Shown piece after piece: positions 18,524 through 28,137 of a stretch of DNA of 64,000 nucleotides. The notes below the pieces were generated by a model. The model was not told the origin of the DNA and ran no database searches. It saw nothing but the letters and a program-made list of their open reading frames with translations. The translations under genes were made by a program, and so were the position numbers. The DNA comes from an uncultured Pelagibacteraceae bacterium. Lineage in GTDB: Bacteria; Pseudomonadota; Alphaproteobacteria; Pelagibacterales; Pelagibacteraceae. Position 1 is the stretch's first letter, and each line of letters begins with the position of its first letter. The stretch lies in contig CACAZG010000001.1 in NCBI GenBank assembly GCA_902536975.1, forward strand, positions 3,802-67,801. Reading direction: 5' to 3'.

Positions 18524-19785
18524 AGAAGGCTTGGTAGCCAGGTGGAAAATATTGGAAATAATATCATCAATATTCCATAGATAATCCCAACAACTGTAAA
18601 CAATGGAACTTCTTTAAATGCATTAGCTGGGTTTTCTTTTATTACTCCAGCAGCTGTATATATACCAACGCAAACAGGTGGAGTTATCATCCCAATACCA
18701 GCAAAAGCTACAAAAACAACATATAAGTGGAGCAAACTTTGATCAAAAGATAATGTTAATGCTGCAAATATTGGAACTGTTAAATAAAATACTGGAACTA
18801 TTTCTATAAATGTTCCTAGTATTAAACATATTGTTCCTAGCATTATCCAAAATAAATTAACACTCACACCCATGTCTGTGAAATAAGCTATAATTTTTTG
18901 AGGAGCTTGTGTATAAGTAAGCACGACACTTAAAAAAGTAGCTGTTGCAATTATTGAAAATATAACAGCTGTAATTATTGCAGTATCTTTTAAACAACTT
19001 AATAAAGATGAAAACGTTAATTCTCTGTAAATTAAAAACCCAATTGCTACCGCGTAAACCCCTGCAATTGCTGCTGACTCTGATGGAGTTAAAAAGCCTG
19101 CATAAATTCCACCTAATATTATAACTGGAGTTATCAATGCTGGAAGGGCTGCGATAAAAGAACTTAATCTTTCTTTGAATGTAGCTTTTTTGTCAGCTCG
19201 TATATGTCGGCACTTAAATAAAACTAAAAGAACCATTAAAATTAGAAGAATAACTCCTGGTATAACTCCTGCAGCAAATGTTTTTGAGACAGGCACGTAT
19301 GTAAGTGCGCTAAACAAAATAGCTGCATTTGATGGAGGGATTAAAGCCTCAAGAAGTGCAGCAGATGCAGCAAGTACGACTACAAATGGAGTAGGGTAAC
19401 CTTGTTCAATCATTTTGGGCATCATGATGGTTCCAACAGCAGTAATTGCAGCTAATATAGATCCACAAAATGCTGCAAAGAAACCCATTGCGATAACCAT
19501 TGCTACACCTAGACCTCCTGGCCAGTGTCCAACCAAAGTTGTCGCAAATCTTACAAGCCTTAGTGCTGCACCACCTTTTAGCATTGCCATCCCACTAAAA
19601 ATAAACAATGGTACAGCTATTAGCACATGCTTTGTTAAAGCTCCAAAAGATACTTGAATTAAAACAGACCAAGGTAGATTAAGTCCACCAATAGCAGCTA
19701 TAGAACTACCTAAACCAAATACTAAAAAAATAGGAACAGAAATTATTAGAGCTACCAAAGATAATATAGATGCTAATCCGAACAT
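18520..19785 (-). CDS. dctM: TRAP transporter large permease DctM
   Basis: LIAVPLFIFSG, GHWPGGL, LIPPS, GFLTPSESAA, GMITPPV. Confidence 0.93.
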   Translation of the reverse strand: MFGLASILSLVALIISVPIFLVFGLGSSIAAIGGLNLPWSVLIQVSFGALTKHVLIAVPLFIFSGMAMLKGGAALRLVRFATTLVGHWPGGLGVAMVIAMGFFAAFCGSILAAITAVGTIMMPKMIEQGYPTPFVVVLAASAALLEALIPPSNAAILFSALTYVPVSKTFAAGVIPGVILLILMVLLVLFKCRHIRADKKATFKERLSSFIAALPALITPVIILGGIYAGFLTPSESAAIAGVYAVAIGFLIYRELTFSSLLSCLKDTAIITAVIFSIIATATFLSVVLTYTQAPQKIIAYFTDMGVSVNLFWIMLGTICLILGTFIEIVPVFYLTVPIFAALTLSFDQSLLHLYVVFVAFAGIGMITPPVCVGIYTAAGVIKENPANAFKEVPLFTVVGIIYGILMILFPIFSTWLPSLL

Positions 19786-20276
19786 TATTTTTTTAATAAA
19801 TTTATAATGTTTTCAAATATTAACTCCAATGAAGTTAGAGCTAAAATTAAGAAACCAACAGGGAAAGCCAAAAACATCCACCAAATAGGAATACTGATTT
19901 CAATTTCCATTACTTGACCTAAATTAAAATACATAATTGTTGCATCAAGACCTGCTTTAAAGAAAATACAAGCTGAAATGAAAGCGATTATATTTACAAT
20001 TAGCAACAATATTTCCTTATTTTTATTTGAGAGTAAAGGTGTTAAAAAATCAACTTTGATATGTTGTCCTTTTTTTAATAATGGTCCTAATAATGGAAAG
20101 ACTAACCAACTAACTAAAACAGGTGGTAATTCAATAAACCAAGCAAATCCAGTACCAGTTATGAAGCGAGTAGCTGCACTTAAAAATAAGGCAGCCACCA
20201 TTATAAAAATAATAAACATTGCGAGAGCTAAAGAAGCCGAGGCTAAATAACTATTAACTTCTCGCAACGCTTTCAT
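19785..20276 (-). CDS. dctQ: TRAP transporter small permease DctQ
   Basis: 4 TM, WFIELP, GQHIKVDF; between dctP and dctM. Confidence 0.9.
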   Translation of the reverse strand: MKALREVNSYLASASLALAMFIIFIMVAALFLSAATRFITGTGFAWFIELPPVLVSWLVFPLLGPLLKKGQHIKVDFLTPLLSNKNKEILLLIVNIIAFISACIFFKAGLDATIMYFNLGQVMEIEISIPIWWMFLAFPVGFLILALTSLELIFENIINLLKK

Positions 20277-20307
20277 TTTTTTAGACTAAGCAAATAACTA
20301 ACTTATT

Positions 20308-21324
20308 CTAATTATTTTTTGCGTACTCTTGTGCTGCCTTTAAAGCATCAGCATCAATCATTTTAGCCATAGCAGGCATAACTTTATCTTTCATTAACTT
20401 ATCAAATTTTGCTTTCTCAGCTCCTGAAAGAGTTGTTACTACACCGCCTCTGTCTTGGAATTCTTTAAGAACAGTTTCACCATGATCCATAATTCTGTCT
20501 GTTGAAAGTGTTCCAACCTCTTTACCAACATCCATGATTATTTTCTGTAAATCAGCAGGTAAACTATTAAACCAAGTAGAGTTAGCCATTATGTAAGCAT
20601 CTGCATAGTATTGGTAAGGTTTTTGAGCATATTTTAAAAATTCCCACCAACTATATGCTTTTATACTTCCTGGAGGACTATTTATTGTATCGATCATTCC
20701 AGATTGTAAAGCGTTATAAACTTCACCGGTTTTTAAAGAAACACGATTTGCTCCAAGAGCGTCCCACATAGGCTCCTCACTTTTAAGCAGTCTTCTCGCT
20801 TTAAGACCTTTCATAGCATCAATACCTGTTAATTCTCTTGCACTTGAAATTGACATTACAGGTCCAACTGGGTTGTACATCACTAATGTGGAATTAGTTT
20901 TTTTTGTTAACTCTCCCCAAATTTCTTTCCCTTTAGTAGAATTTTGGAAAAAACCTCTTTGTTGTTCCCAAGAATCAAATAATCCTGGAAATGATGCAAC
21001 ATTAAAGTTTTTATTAATCGGTGGAAAGCTTACAACACCAACAATTCCTCCTAATTCAACAGCTCCTGAAGTTACCGCACCCATTACTTCTCTAATCCCA
21101 AAAAGTTGCTTTGATGGGTAAACCTCTATTTTAAGCTTACCATTAGCTCTTTTATTTACTTCATCTGCAAAAATCTGAGCGTGTTTTGCACTATGATGTT
21201 TAGGACTCCAATGAACTGATAAACGTCCAACAATCTCAGCAAAAGCTGCAGTTGAAGAAATAACAAATGAAATAACTAAGAAAAAGCTAACTAAACTTTT
21301 TGATAAAGTTTTTATTTTATTCAT
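20308..21324 (-). CDS. dctP: TRAP substrate-binding protein DctP
   Basis: Signal peptide, GKLKIEVYPSKQL, MKGLKAR, GEVYNALQSGMID. Confidence 0.92.
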   Translation of the reverse strand: MNKIKTLSKSLVSFFLVISFVISSTAAFAEIVGRLSVHWSPKHHSAKHAQIFADEVNKRANGKLKIEVYPSKQLFGIREVMGAVTSGAVELGGIVGVVSFPPINKNFNVASFPGLFDSWEQQRGFFQNSTKGKEIWGELTKKTNSTLVMYNPVGPVMSISSARELTGIDAMKGLKARRLLKSEEPMWDALGANRVSLKTGEVYNALQSGMIDTINSPPGSIKAYSWWEFLKYAQKPYQYYADAYIMANSTWFNSLPADLQKIIMDVGKEVGTLSTDRIMDHGETVLKEFQDRGGVVTTLSGAEKAKFDKLMKDKVMPAMAKMIDADALKAAQEYAKNN

Positions 21325-21437
21325 ATTTTCCCTCTCTTTTTTTTAGTTAATCATATTATTTTGATTTAATTAAAACAATCAAAATAAAACTACATAAATT
21401 TGAATAATAAGGTCTAAATGTTATATTAGCTTGAACT

Positions 21438-21896
21438 ATGATTTATAAATTACCAAAAAGTTTATTAGCGCTTCTTTTTGTAACTTTGTTTTCAAATTAT
21501 TCTTATGGTGTTACGAAAATAGATGAAGCTGTTGACAAAACAACAGATTTTTTAAAATCTGTCTCAAAAAGGGGATTAAACAAAAATCAAACAGCTGAAT
21601 TTTTAAATAATTACGCAATTACTTTAAAAGATGAAAGAACTGATGGAGAAGTAACCTATATTTTTGATAGCGAGAGTTATAAAAGATATAAAGATGGCAA
21701 TGTCATATCCGAAGATGGATGGAGATTTTCAAAATTAGGAGCTCTAAGATTATTTAATGGCGATGTAAAACTAACCTGGAAAATAAAAATTGGAAAAGAG
21801 AATTTAATGGTTATTAAAACAAAATTTCAACCAATTGGAAAAGAATATCCTTTTACATATAAACAAAAAAAATTATTTTTTGATGAAATCCAATGA
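21438..21896 (+). CDS. Secreted hypothetical protein
   Basis: Signal-peptide-like N-terminus; 152-aa beta-rich ORF. Confidence 0.65.
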   Translation: MIYKLPKSLLALLFVTLFSNYSYGVTKIDEAVDKTTDFLKSVSKRGLNKNQTAEFLNNYAITLKDERTDGEVTYIFDSESYKRYKDGNVISEDGWRFSKLGALRLFNGDVKLTWKIKIGKENLMVIKTKFQPIGKEYPFTYKQKKLFFDEIQ

Positions 21897-22075
21897 ACCC
21901 AACTGATATTCTACTAAGTATTGCAATCGTTGGGATTTATACGATTATATATGTCTATTTAAAATCTAAATATGATGATAATAAAATTATCATAAAGTTA
22001 TTTGTGATTGGCTTCATTTATGCAACAATAATTACTGGTATTCTATATTACTTGATAAAATTTATAGCTTCCTAA
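21893..22075 (+). CDS. Small two-TM hypothetical protein
   Basis: 60 aa, two hydrophobic helices, ATGA overlap with upstream gene. Confidence 0.55.
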   Translation: MNPTDILLSIAIVGIYTIIYVYLKSKYDDNKIIIKLFVIGFIYATIITGILYYLIKFIAS

Positions 22076-22085
22076 TAAAATTTAC

Positions 22086-22772
22086 ATGAAACATAAATTA
22101 GAATTAATTTATTTTAAAATGAGAGCACTAGCAGAAGCTCCTCGTTTGTTATTTCATTATACAGGGATTGAATATGATGATGTTATGTCATGGGATTATT
22201 ATGGAAAGGATTGGTCAGAGGTAAAACCAAATATCCCCTTTAAACAACTACCAATGTTAATGGTTGATAAAAAATATGAAATTTGTCAAAGCCTGGCAAT
22301 AATGACATTTGTTGAGAATTTAGCAGGTATTAATATTTCTGATCCAATATTAAATGCAAAAGCAAACGCTATAATGCAAAGTGCTCATGAACTTTTTATG
22401 CCACTAAATCCAACAGTAAATTTTGCAACAGGTGAGAAGTTTAAAAAAAAAAAAGAAGATATGATGCCATTTTTAATGTCAAGATTTGAAGATCTTGAAA
22501 AAGCTATGAGAGAAAATAATAAAAAGTTTTTTATTTTAGATGAGCCTAGAGCATGTGATTTTGTTGCATTCCACCATTTTGATTTATCTAAAATGCTTGA
22601 TCCTTCAATAATAAAAAAATTTCCAAGGTTAGAAAAATTTCTGGAAGACATAATGTCTATCGAAAGTGTTAAATCTTATTTAGATAAACGTCCTAAATTG
22701 ATTGATGTAAGCATTGAACCAAAATTAGTAATTGATGGAGTTCTGCATCCAACTGGAGTTAAAAAAACCTAA
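22086..22772 (+). CDS. Glutathione S-transferase, Tyr-type (sigma-like)
   Basis: LIYFKMRALAE..RLL, PFKQLPML, QSLAI, CDF, FPRL, YLDKRP. Confidence 0.88.
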   Translation: MKHKLELIYFKMRALAEAPRLLFHYTGIEYDDVMSWDYYGKDWSEVKPNIPFKQLPMLMVDKKYEICQSLAIMTFVENLAGINISDPILNAKANAIMQSAHELFMPLNPTVNFATGEKFKKKKEDMMPFLMSRFEDLEKAMRENNKKFFILDEPRACDFVAFHHFDLSKMLDPSIIKKFPRLEKFLEDIMSIESVKSYLDKRPKLIDVSIEPKLVIDGVLHPTGVKKT

Positions 22773-22787
22773 TTTTTAAATAGTTGA

Positions 22788-22815
22788 TTGCGTTATAAAA
22801 AATTTCTATTATAAC
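22788..22815 (+). promoter_or_regulatory. Putative sigma70 promoter of tRNA-Met
   Basis: TTGCGT-N16-TATAAC, 14 nt before the tRNA. Confidence 0.45.
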
Positions 22816-22829
22816 TCTCTTGAACTTAT

Positions 22830-22906
22830 GGCGGGGTAGCTCAGTTGGTTAGAGCGCGGGACTCATAAGCCCGAGGTCAGTGGTTCGATCCCACTTCCCG
22901 CTACCA
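22830..22906 (+). tRNA. tRNA-Met(CAT), elongator type
   Basis: GGCGGGGTAGCTCAGTTGGTTAGAGC...CT CAT AA...GGTTCGATCC...CCCGCTACCA; cloverleaf, paired 1-72 (G-U), encoded CCA. Confidence 0.93.
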
Positions 22907-22908
22907 AA

Positions 22909-23436
22909 TTAATGACCAGGAAAATCCATCAAACTTTGAACTTGGTAACCTTTTTTTAGAAGATTTTCACAGCCACCTAAATCAAAAAGATTTATGACAA
23001 ATATGAATGCCGCAATATTTCCTTTAGAGACTTCTACAAGTTTTGCAGCAGCTTCCGCAGTCCCTCCTGTGGCTATTAAATCATCTATTATAAGAACAGA
23101 ATCATTTTCAGAAATTGAGTCTTTGTGAACTTCTATTGTTGCTGTTCCATATTCAAGCTCAAAATCAACTGAATGCACGTCAGCAGGGAGTTTATTTTTC
23201 TTTCTTAACATTATAAATGGTTTTTTTAATATGTAAGAAACAGCGGATGCAAACACAAAACCACGTGACTCAATTGCGGCTATCTTATCTACCTTAAATT
23301 TTTTGGATCTTTCAACAATTTGATTAATTGTTTCCTCAAAAGCAGTCTCATTTTTTATTAAAGTAGTTATATCTCTAAATAAAATACCCTTTTTAGGATA
23401 ATCCTTAATTGAGCGAATATAATCTTTTAAATTCAT
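22909..23436 (-). CDS. apt: Adenine phosphoribosyltransferase
   Basis: DYPKKGILFRDIT, IESRGF, LEYG, IIDDLIATGGT. Confidence 0.97.
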   Translation of the reverse strand: MNLKDYIRSIKDYPKKGILFRDITTLIKNETAFEETINQIVERSKKFKVDKIAAIESRGFVFASAVSYILKKPFIMLRKKNKLPADVHSVDFELEYGTATIEVHKDSISENDSVLIIDDLIATGGTAEAAAKLVEVSKGNIAAFIFVINLFDLGGCENLLKKGYQVQSLMDFPGH

Positions 23437-23472
23437 AATAGTTATTTATAAATACAATATAATTACTTTTAC

Positions 23473-24345
23473 ATGGCAAATAATAAATTAGCAATAATAG
23501 GTGGAAGTGGTCTGTACGATGTTGAGGAGTTTAAAAATAGAGAATTAATAGATTTAAATACTCCTTGGGGAAAACCATCAGATCAAATCTTAAAAACAAA
23601 CTATAAAAATAAAGAAGTTTATTTTTTACCAAGGCATGGTAGAGGACATTTTATTTCACCGTCAAATATAAATTTTAGAGCAAACATTGATGCATTAAAA
23701 CAATTGGGCGTGACTGATATAGTATCAGTTTCTGCAGTTGGATCTTTAAAAGAAAAATTACCTCCAGGAAAATTTGTAATTATTGATCAATTTATAGATA
23801 GAACTTTTGCTCGTAATAAAACTTTTTTTGAAGATGAAATAGTTGCCCATGTATCAATGGCTTACCCAACCTCGAAAGGTCTCATGAATGCATGTGAGGA
23901 TGCGATTAATAAAGAGGGAATTGATTATCAAAAAGGAGGAACCTATGTAGTGATGGAAGGTCCTCAATTTTCAACTTTGGCTGAGTCAAATCTTTACCGA
24001 TCATGGAAAGCTGATGTGATTGGAATGACTAATATGCCTGAAGCAAAATTAGCAAGAGAGGCAGAGATTAGATATGCATCAGTTTCTATGGTCACAGATT
24101 ATGATTGTTGGCACCCAGATCATGAAAATGTTGATGTCCAACAGGTAATAAAAGTATTATTAGACAATGCTTCAAAAGCTAAGAGTATGATTAAAAACTT
24201 AATTCTTAACTTTGAAAGTTATATTGATCCAAATGATCCAACTAATAATTGTTTAGATGTAGCAATAATAACCTCACCAGAAAATAGATCAAAAAAAACT
24301 ATAGAAAAACTAAATACAGTAGCAGGCAGAGTTTTAAATAAGTGA
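23473..24345 (+). CDS. mtnP: S-methyl-5'-thioadenosine phosphorylase
   Basis: IIGGSGLY, RHGRGH, NFRANI, SAVGSL, EGPQFSTLAES, GMTNMPEAKLAREA, TDYDCW. Confidence 0.95.
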   Translation: MANNKLAIIGGSGLYDVEEFKNRELIDLNTPWGKPSDQILKTNYKNKEVYFLPRHGRGHFISPSNINFRANIDALKQLGVTDIVSVSAVGSLKEKLPPGKFVIIDQFIDRTFARNKTFFEDEIVAHVSMAYPTSKGLMNACEDAINKEGIDYQKGGTYVVMEGPQFSTLAESNLYRSWKADVIGMTNMPEAKLAREAEIRYASVSMVTDYDCWHPDHENVDVQQVIKVLLDNASKAKSMIKNLILNFESYIDPNDPTNNCLDVAIITSPENRSKKTIEKLNTVAGRVLNK

Positions 24346-25136
24346 AAAAATATCTTACAAACGAAGAAACTAATTTTTATCAGAAACATGGAGCTCTACT
24401 TATTAAGAATGTATTTAAACCATGGATAAAAATACTTAGAGAAGGTTTTGAAAAAGTACTTAAAAAACCAGGTCCACATGCAAGAGAAAATGTTAAAAAA
24501 GAAGAAGGAAGATTTTTTGAAGATTATTGTAATTGGCAAAGAATATCTGAATTTAAAAAGTTTGCTAAAGAGTCTCCTGCAGCACAGATAGTTGGTGAAG
24601 CTACAGGATCAAAATCTATTCAATTATTCCATGAACACATATTTATTAAAGATCCAGGAACAATTAAAGAAACACCGTGGCATCAAGATATGCCTTATTA
24701 TTGTGTTGATGGAAATGATACTGGTAGTTTTTGGATACCACTCGATCCAATAACAATAGAAAACTCTTTACGAATATTATTAGGCTCTCATAAATTTCCA
24801 AAATTATTTAGACCTACCAAATGGTCTAATGACAAGCCTTGGTATAAAAATGATGATAATTTTATGGACACGCCTAATATTAATTCTAAGGATAGAAATA
24901 TATTTAAAAGTGATATGAACTTGGGAGATGCAATGCTTTTTAATTTCAAAGCACTTCATTCTTCTTCAGGTAATGAAACTAATATGTATAGAAGAGCTTT
25001 TTCAATGAGGTTTATTGGAGATGATGTTAAATATTTAGGAAGAAATGGAGAAACGTCTCCTCCATTTAAAGGGATAGGTTTAAAGGATGGAGATAGAATG
25101 CGAAAAGATTGGTTTCCAGTTGTTTGGGCTAGTTAA
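24342..25136 (+). CDS. PhyH-family Fe(II)/2-oxoglutarate dioxygenase
   Basis: TPWHQD (HxD), GSH, distal LH, RRAFSMRF. Confidence 0.88.
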   Translation: MKKYLTNEETNFYQKHGALLIKNVFKPWIKILREGFEKVLKKPGPHARENVKKEEGRFFEDYCNWQRISEFKKFAKESPAAQIVGEATGSKSIQLFHEHIFIKDPGTIKETPWHQDMPYYCVDGNDTGSFWIPLDPITIENSLRILLGSHKFPKLFRPTKWSNDKPWYKNDDNFMDTPNINSKDRNIFKSDMNLGDAMLFNFKALHSSSGNETNMYRRAFSMRFIGDDVKYLGRNGETSPPFKGIGLKDGDRMRKDWFPVVWAS

Positions 25137-26216
25137 ATGAAAATAAAAGGAAAAGAATTTAGAACAATTTGGTTTGATGAGGTAAATAAAGTTGTAAAGA
25201 TTATTGATCAAACAAAACTTCCTCATCAATTCGTTATTAAAGATCTTAAAACAGTTAAAGACGCGATTAATGCAATTAAAATAATGGAAGTAAGAGGAGC
25301 TCCATTAATAGGTGGAACTGCTGCATATGGTATAGTTTTAGCAATTTTAGAAAATAATGATCTTGAATTTATAAAAAAAAGTGCAGAAGAATTAATTAAA
25401 TCTAGACCTACTGCTATAAACCTTCAATGGGCAGTTCATAGAATGAATAACACCATATCAATGATTGATAGTAGTGATCTTTTTCAAGTAGCGCTTAATG
25501 AAGCTAAAGAAATATGTAACGAGGATGTTAAGTTTTGTGAAAATATTGGACTTAGTGGGCTTAAAATTATTGAAGAAATTTATAATAAGAAAAAGGATAG
25601 AGTAAATATTTTAACGCATTGTAATGCAGGTTGGCTTGCAACAATTAATTGGGGTACAGCAACTTCTCCAATTTACCATGCTCATAAAAACGGAATTCCA
25701 ATTCATGTATGGGTAGATGAAACCAGACCAAGAAATCAAGGTGCAAACTTAACCTCATTTGAGTTAAATGAAGAAAAAGTTCCAAATACTATAATTGCAG
25801 ATAATACGGGTGGAATATTAATGCAACGAGGAGAGGTTGATATGTGTATTGTTGGAACAGATAGAACTTTATCAACTGGAGATGTATGTAATAAAATTGG
25901 AACGTATTTAAAGGCGTTAGCTGCTCATGACAACAATGTGCCTTTCTATGTAGCCTTGCCAAGTTCAACAATAGATTGGGATATAAAGAATTTCAAAGAT
26001 ATACCTATTGAGGAGAGAAATTCAAAAGAATTATCTCATATAGATGGAAGAGATGAAAATAATAATATTAAAAAAGTTTTGATTTATCCTGAAACAAGTA
26101 GGTCACTGAATCTAGCTTTTGATATTACACCTGCAAAATATGTTACAGGTCTGATAACAGAAAGGGGTGTGTGTGAAGCATCTACAGAAGGTCTAAAAAA
26201 AATGTTTAAAAGTTAA
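25137..26216 (+). CDS. mtnA: Methylthioribose-1-phosphate isomerase
   Basis: IIDQTKLP, VRGAPLIG, SRPTAINL, THCNAGWLAT, DETRPRNQGA, NKIGTY, AFDITP. Confidence 0.96.
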   Translation: MKIKGKEFRTIWFDEVNKVVKIIDQTKLPHQFVIKDLKTVKDAINAIKIMEVRGAPLIGGTAAYGIVLAILENNDLEFIKKSAEELIKSRPTAINLQWAVHRMNNTISMIDSSDLFQVALNEAKEICNEDVKFCENIGLSGLKIIEEIYNKKKDRVNILTHCNAGWLATINWGTATSPIYHAHKNGIPIHVWVDETRPRNQGANLTSFELNEEKVPNTIIADNTGGILMQRGEVDMCIVGTDRTLSTGDVCNKIGTYLKALAAHDNNVPFYVALPSSTIDWDIKNFKDIPIEERNSKELSHIDGRDENNNIKKVLIYPETSRSLNLAFDITPAKYVTGLITERGVCEASTEGLKKMFKS

Positions 26217-27799
26217 TGAATAAAGTTAAAAATATACTATTTATAATGGCTGATCAGCTAAGATTTGATTACCTATCATGTTACGGTCATCCACATTTAA
26301 AAACTCCTCATATAGATGGTTTGGCAAAAAAAGGAATTTTATTCGATTCGGCTTATGTTCAGGCACCTGTTTGTGGACCTTCAAGAGCATCATATTACAC
26401 TGGAAGAACAGTTTTTAGTCATGGCTCAACATGGAATCAAATACCATTGCCAATAGGAGAATTAACTATTGGAGATTATTTAAAAGAATCTGGGATAAGA
26501 ACCGGTGTTGTAGGCAAAACACATATGAGACCTGATTTAGATGGAATGAACAGGCTTGGTATTTCTAAAGAAACAGAAATAGGTCTGACAGTTAGTGAGC
26601 CAGGGTTTGAACCTTACGAGAGAGATGATGGACTTCATCCAAACAATCATATCAAAAATTCTAAAAAAAAACTTTCATATAATGAGTGGCTAAATAAACT
26701 TGGATATGTGGGTGAAAACCCTTGGGATAGTTGGGCAAATTCATCAGAAGATGAAAATGGAAAAATTCTAAGTGGTTGGAGGTTAAGAAATTCAAATAAA
26801 CCTGCAAGAGTTAAAGAAGAGCACTCTGAAACTGCATTTATGACAAACCGTTCAATGGAATTCATTCAAGAAAGTGGAGAAAATCCTTGGTTTTTACATT
26901 TATCTTACATTAAACCACATTGGCCATACATTGCTCCTGCACCTTATCATAATATGTATTCATCAAATCAATTTTATCCAGTTCACAGAAGTAATACTGA
27001 AAAAGAAATAGATCATCCTGTTTATAAAGCATTTATGGAAAATAATATTTCAAAAACTTTTTCAAGAGAAGAGGTGAGAAATACTGTTCTTTCAGGTTAT
27101 ATGGGATTGATAAAACAAATTGATGACAATCTTGGAAGACTATTCAAGTTTCTTGAAGACAAAGGTTATATGAAAAGCACTATGATAGTCTTTACTTCAG
27201 ATCATGGTGACTATCAAGGTGATCATTGGCTGGGAGAAAAAGAATTATTCCATGAACAAATTGTTAAAGTCCCAATGATTATTTATGACCCTAGTAATTT
27301 GTCGAACAATAATAGAGGAGTTAGAGAAAAGAGATTTGTTGAAGCTATTGATTTGCTCCCAACTTTCTTAGACTCTGTTGAAAGCAAAGTAAGCAGACAT
27401 CGTTTAGAGGGACAGTCTTTGCTACCAATCATAAGGGGTAATAAAGTGCTAAATTGGAAGGAAAATGTATTTAGTGAAATCGATTATTCATTTAACGAGG
27501 CAAGAAAAATTTTAAATATCGGTGCATCTAATGCTAGGGCGTATATGATTAGAAATAGTAAGTGGAAGTATATTTATTATAAAGGATTTCCTCCACAATT
27601 ATTTGACCTAATAAATGACCCTGATGAATTTAATGACCTTGGACAATCTCCTAAATACTCAAAAATAGTTGATGAAATGAAAGATATTCTCCTAAATAGG
27701 ATTACTAATCGAAAAAATAGAGTTGCGGCAACAGATGAATTTGTTTTAAAAGATAGAGATTATACCAAAGATGATGGAATTATGATAGGTGTGTGGTAA
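26216..27799 (+). CDS. Sulfatase-family hydrolase (phosphonate monoester hydrolase-like), cytoplasmic
   Basis: NILFIMADQLR, CGPSRAS (CxPxR), GKTH, KPHWP, TSDHGD, GEKE; no signal peptide. Confidence 0.9.
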   Translation: MNKVKNILFIMADQLRFDYLSCYGHPHLKTPHIDGLAKKGILFDSAYVQAPVCGPSRASYYTGRTVFSHGSTWNQIPLPIGELTIGDYLKESGIRTGVVGKTHMRPDLDGMNRLGISKETEIGLTVSEPGFEPYERDDGLHPNNHIKNSKKKLSYNEWLNKLGYVGENPWDSWANSSEDENGKILSGWRLRNSNKPARVKEEHSETAFMTNRSMEFIQESGENPWFLHLSYIKPHWPYIAPAPYHNMYSSNQFYPVHRSNTEKEIDHPVYKAFMENNISKTFSREEVRNTVLSGYMGLIKQIDDNLGRLFKFLEDKGYMKSTMIVFTSDHGDYQGDHWLGEKELFHEQIVKVPMIIYDPSNLSNNNRGVREKRFVEAIDLLPTFLDSVESKVSRHRLEGQSLLPIIRGNKVLNWKENVFSEIDYSFNEARKILNIGASNARAYMIRNSKWKYIYYKGFPPQLFDLINDPDEFNDLGQSPKYSKIVDEMKDILLNRITNRKNRVAATDEFVLKDRDYTKDDGIMIGVW

Positions 27800-28137
27800 T
27801 GAATCCATTAATATTATCTTTGATAGGTTTAGTATTAGTTGGCATATCTGCAAACTTATTAAAATTAATTAAAAAAAATAAAATTTTTTTATTAATTTCA
27901 ATGCTGCCTTGCATTTACATTTTTATTTATGGTCTCTATGCAACTTTTGGACCGATTGATTTATACAAAGACGGTACTGAAAATTTTATTGCTCAAAACC
28001 CTGGAAAAGATTTACCAGTTGTGTTTGTTCTTTTAAAATTTTATCAATATATATTAATTCTTGTAGGAGCTATTTTCGGATTAATTTATTTTAATTATTT
28101 TCGAAACTTTGATAATTCTACGGAGTCATCAGACTAG
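27793..28137 (+). CDS. Small three-TM hypothetical membrane protein
   Basis: 114 aa, three hydrophobic segments, overlaps sulfatase stop. Confidence 0.6.
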   Translation: MVMNPLILSLIGLVLVGISANLLKLIKKNKIFLLISMLPCIYIFIYGLYATFGPIDLYKDGTENFIAQNPGKDLPVVFVLLKFYQYILILVGAIFGLIYFNYFRNFDNSTESSD

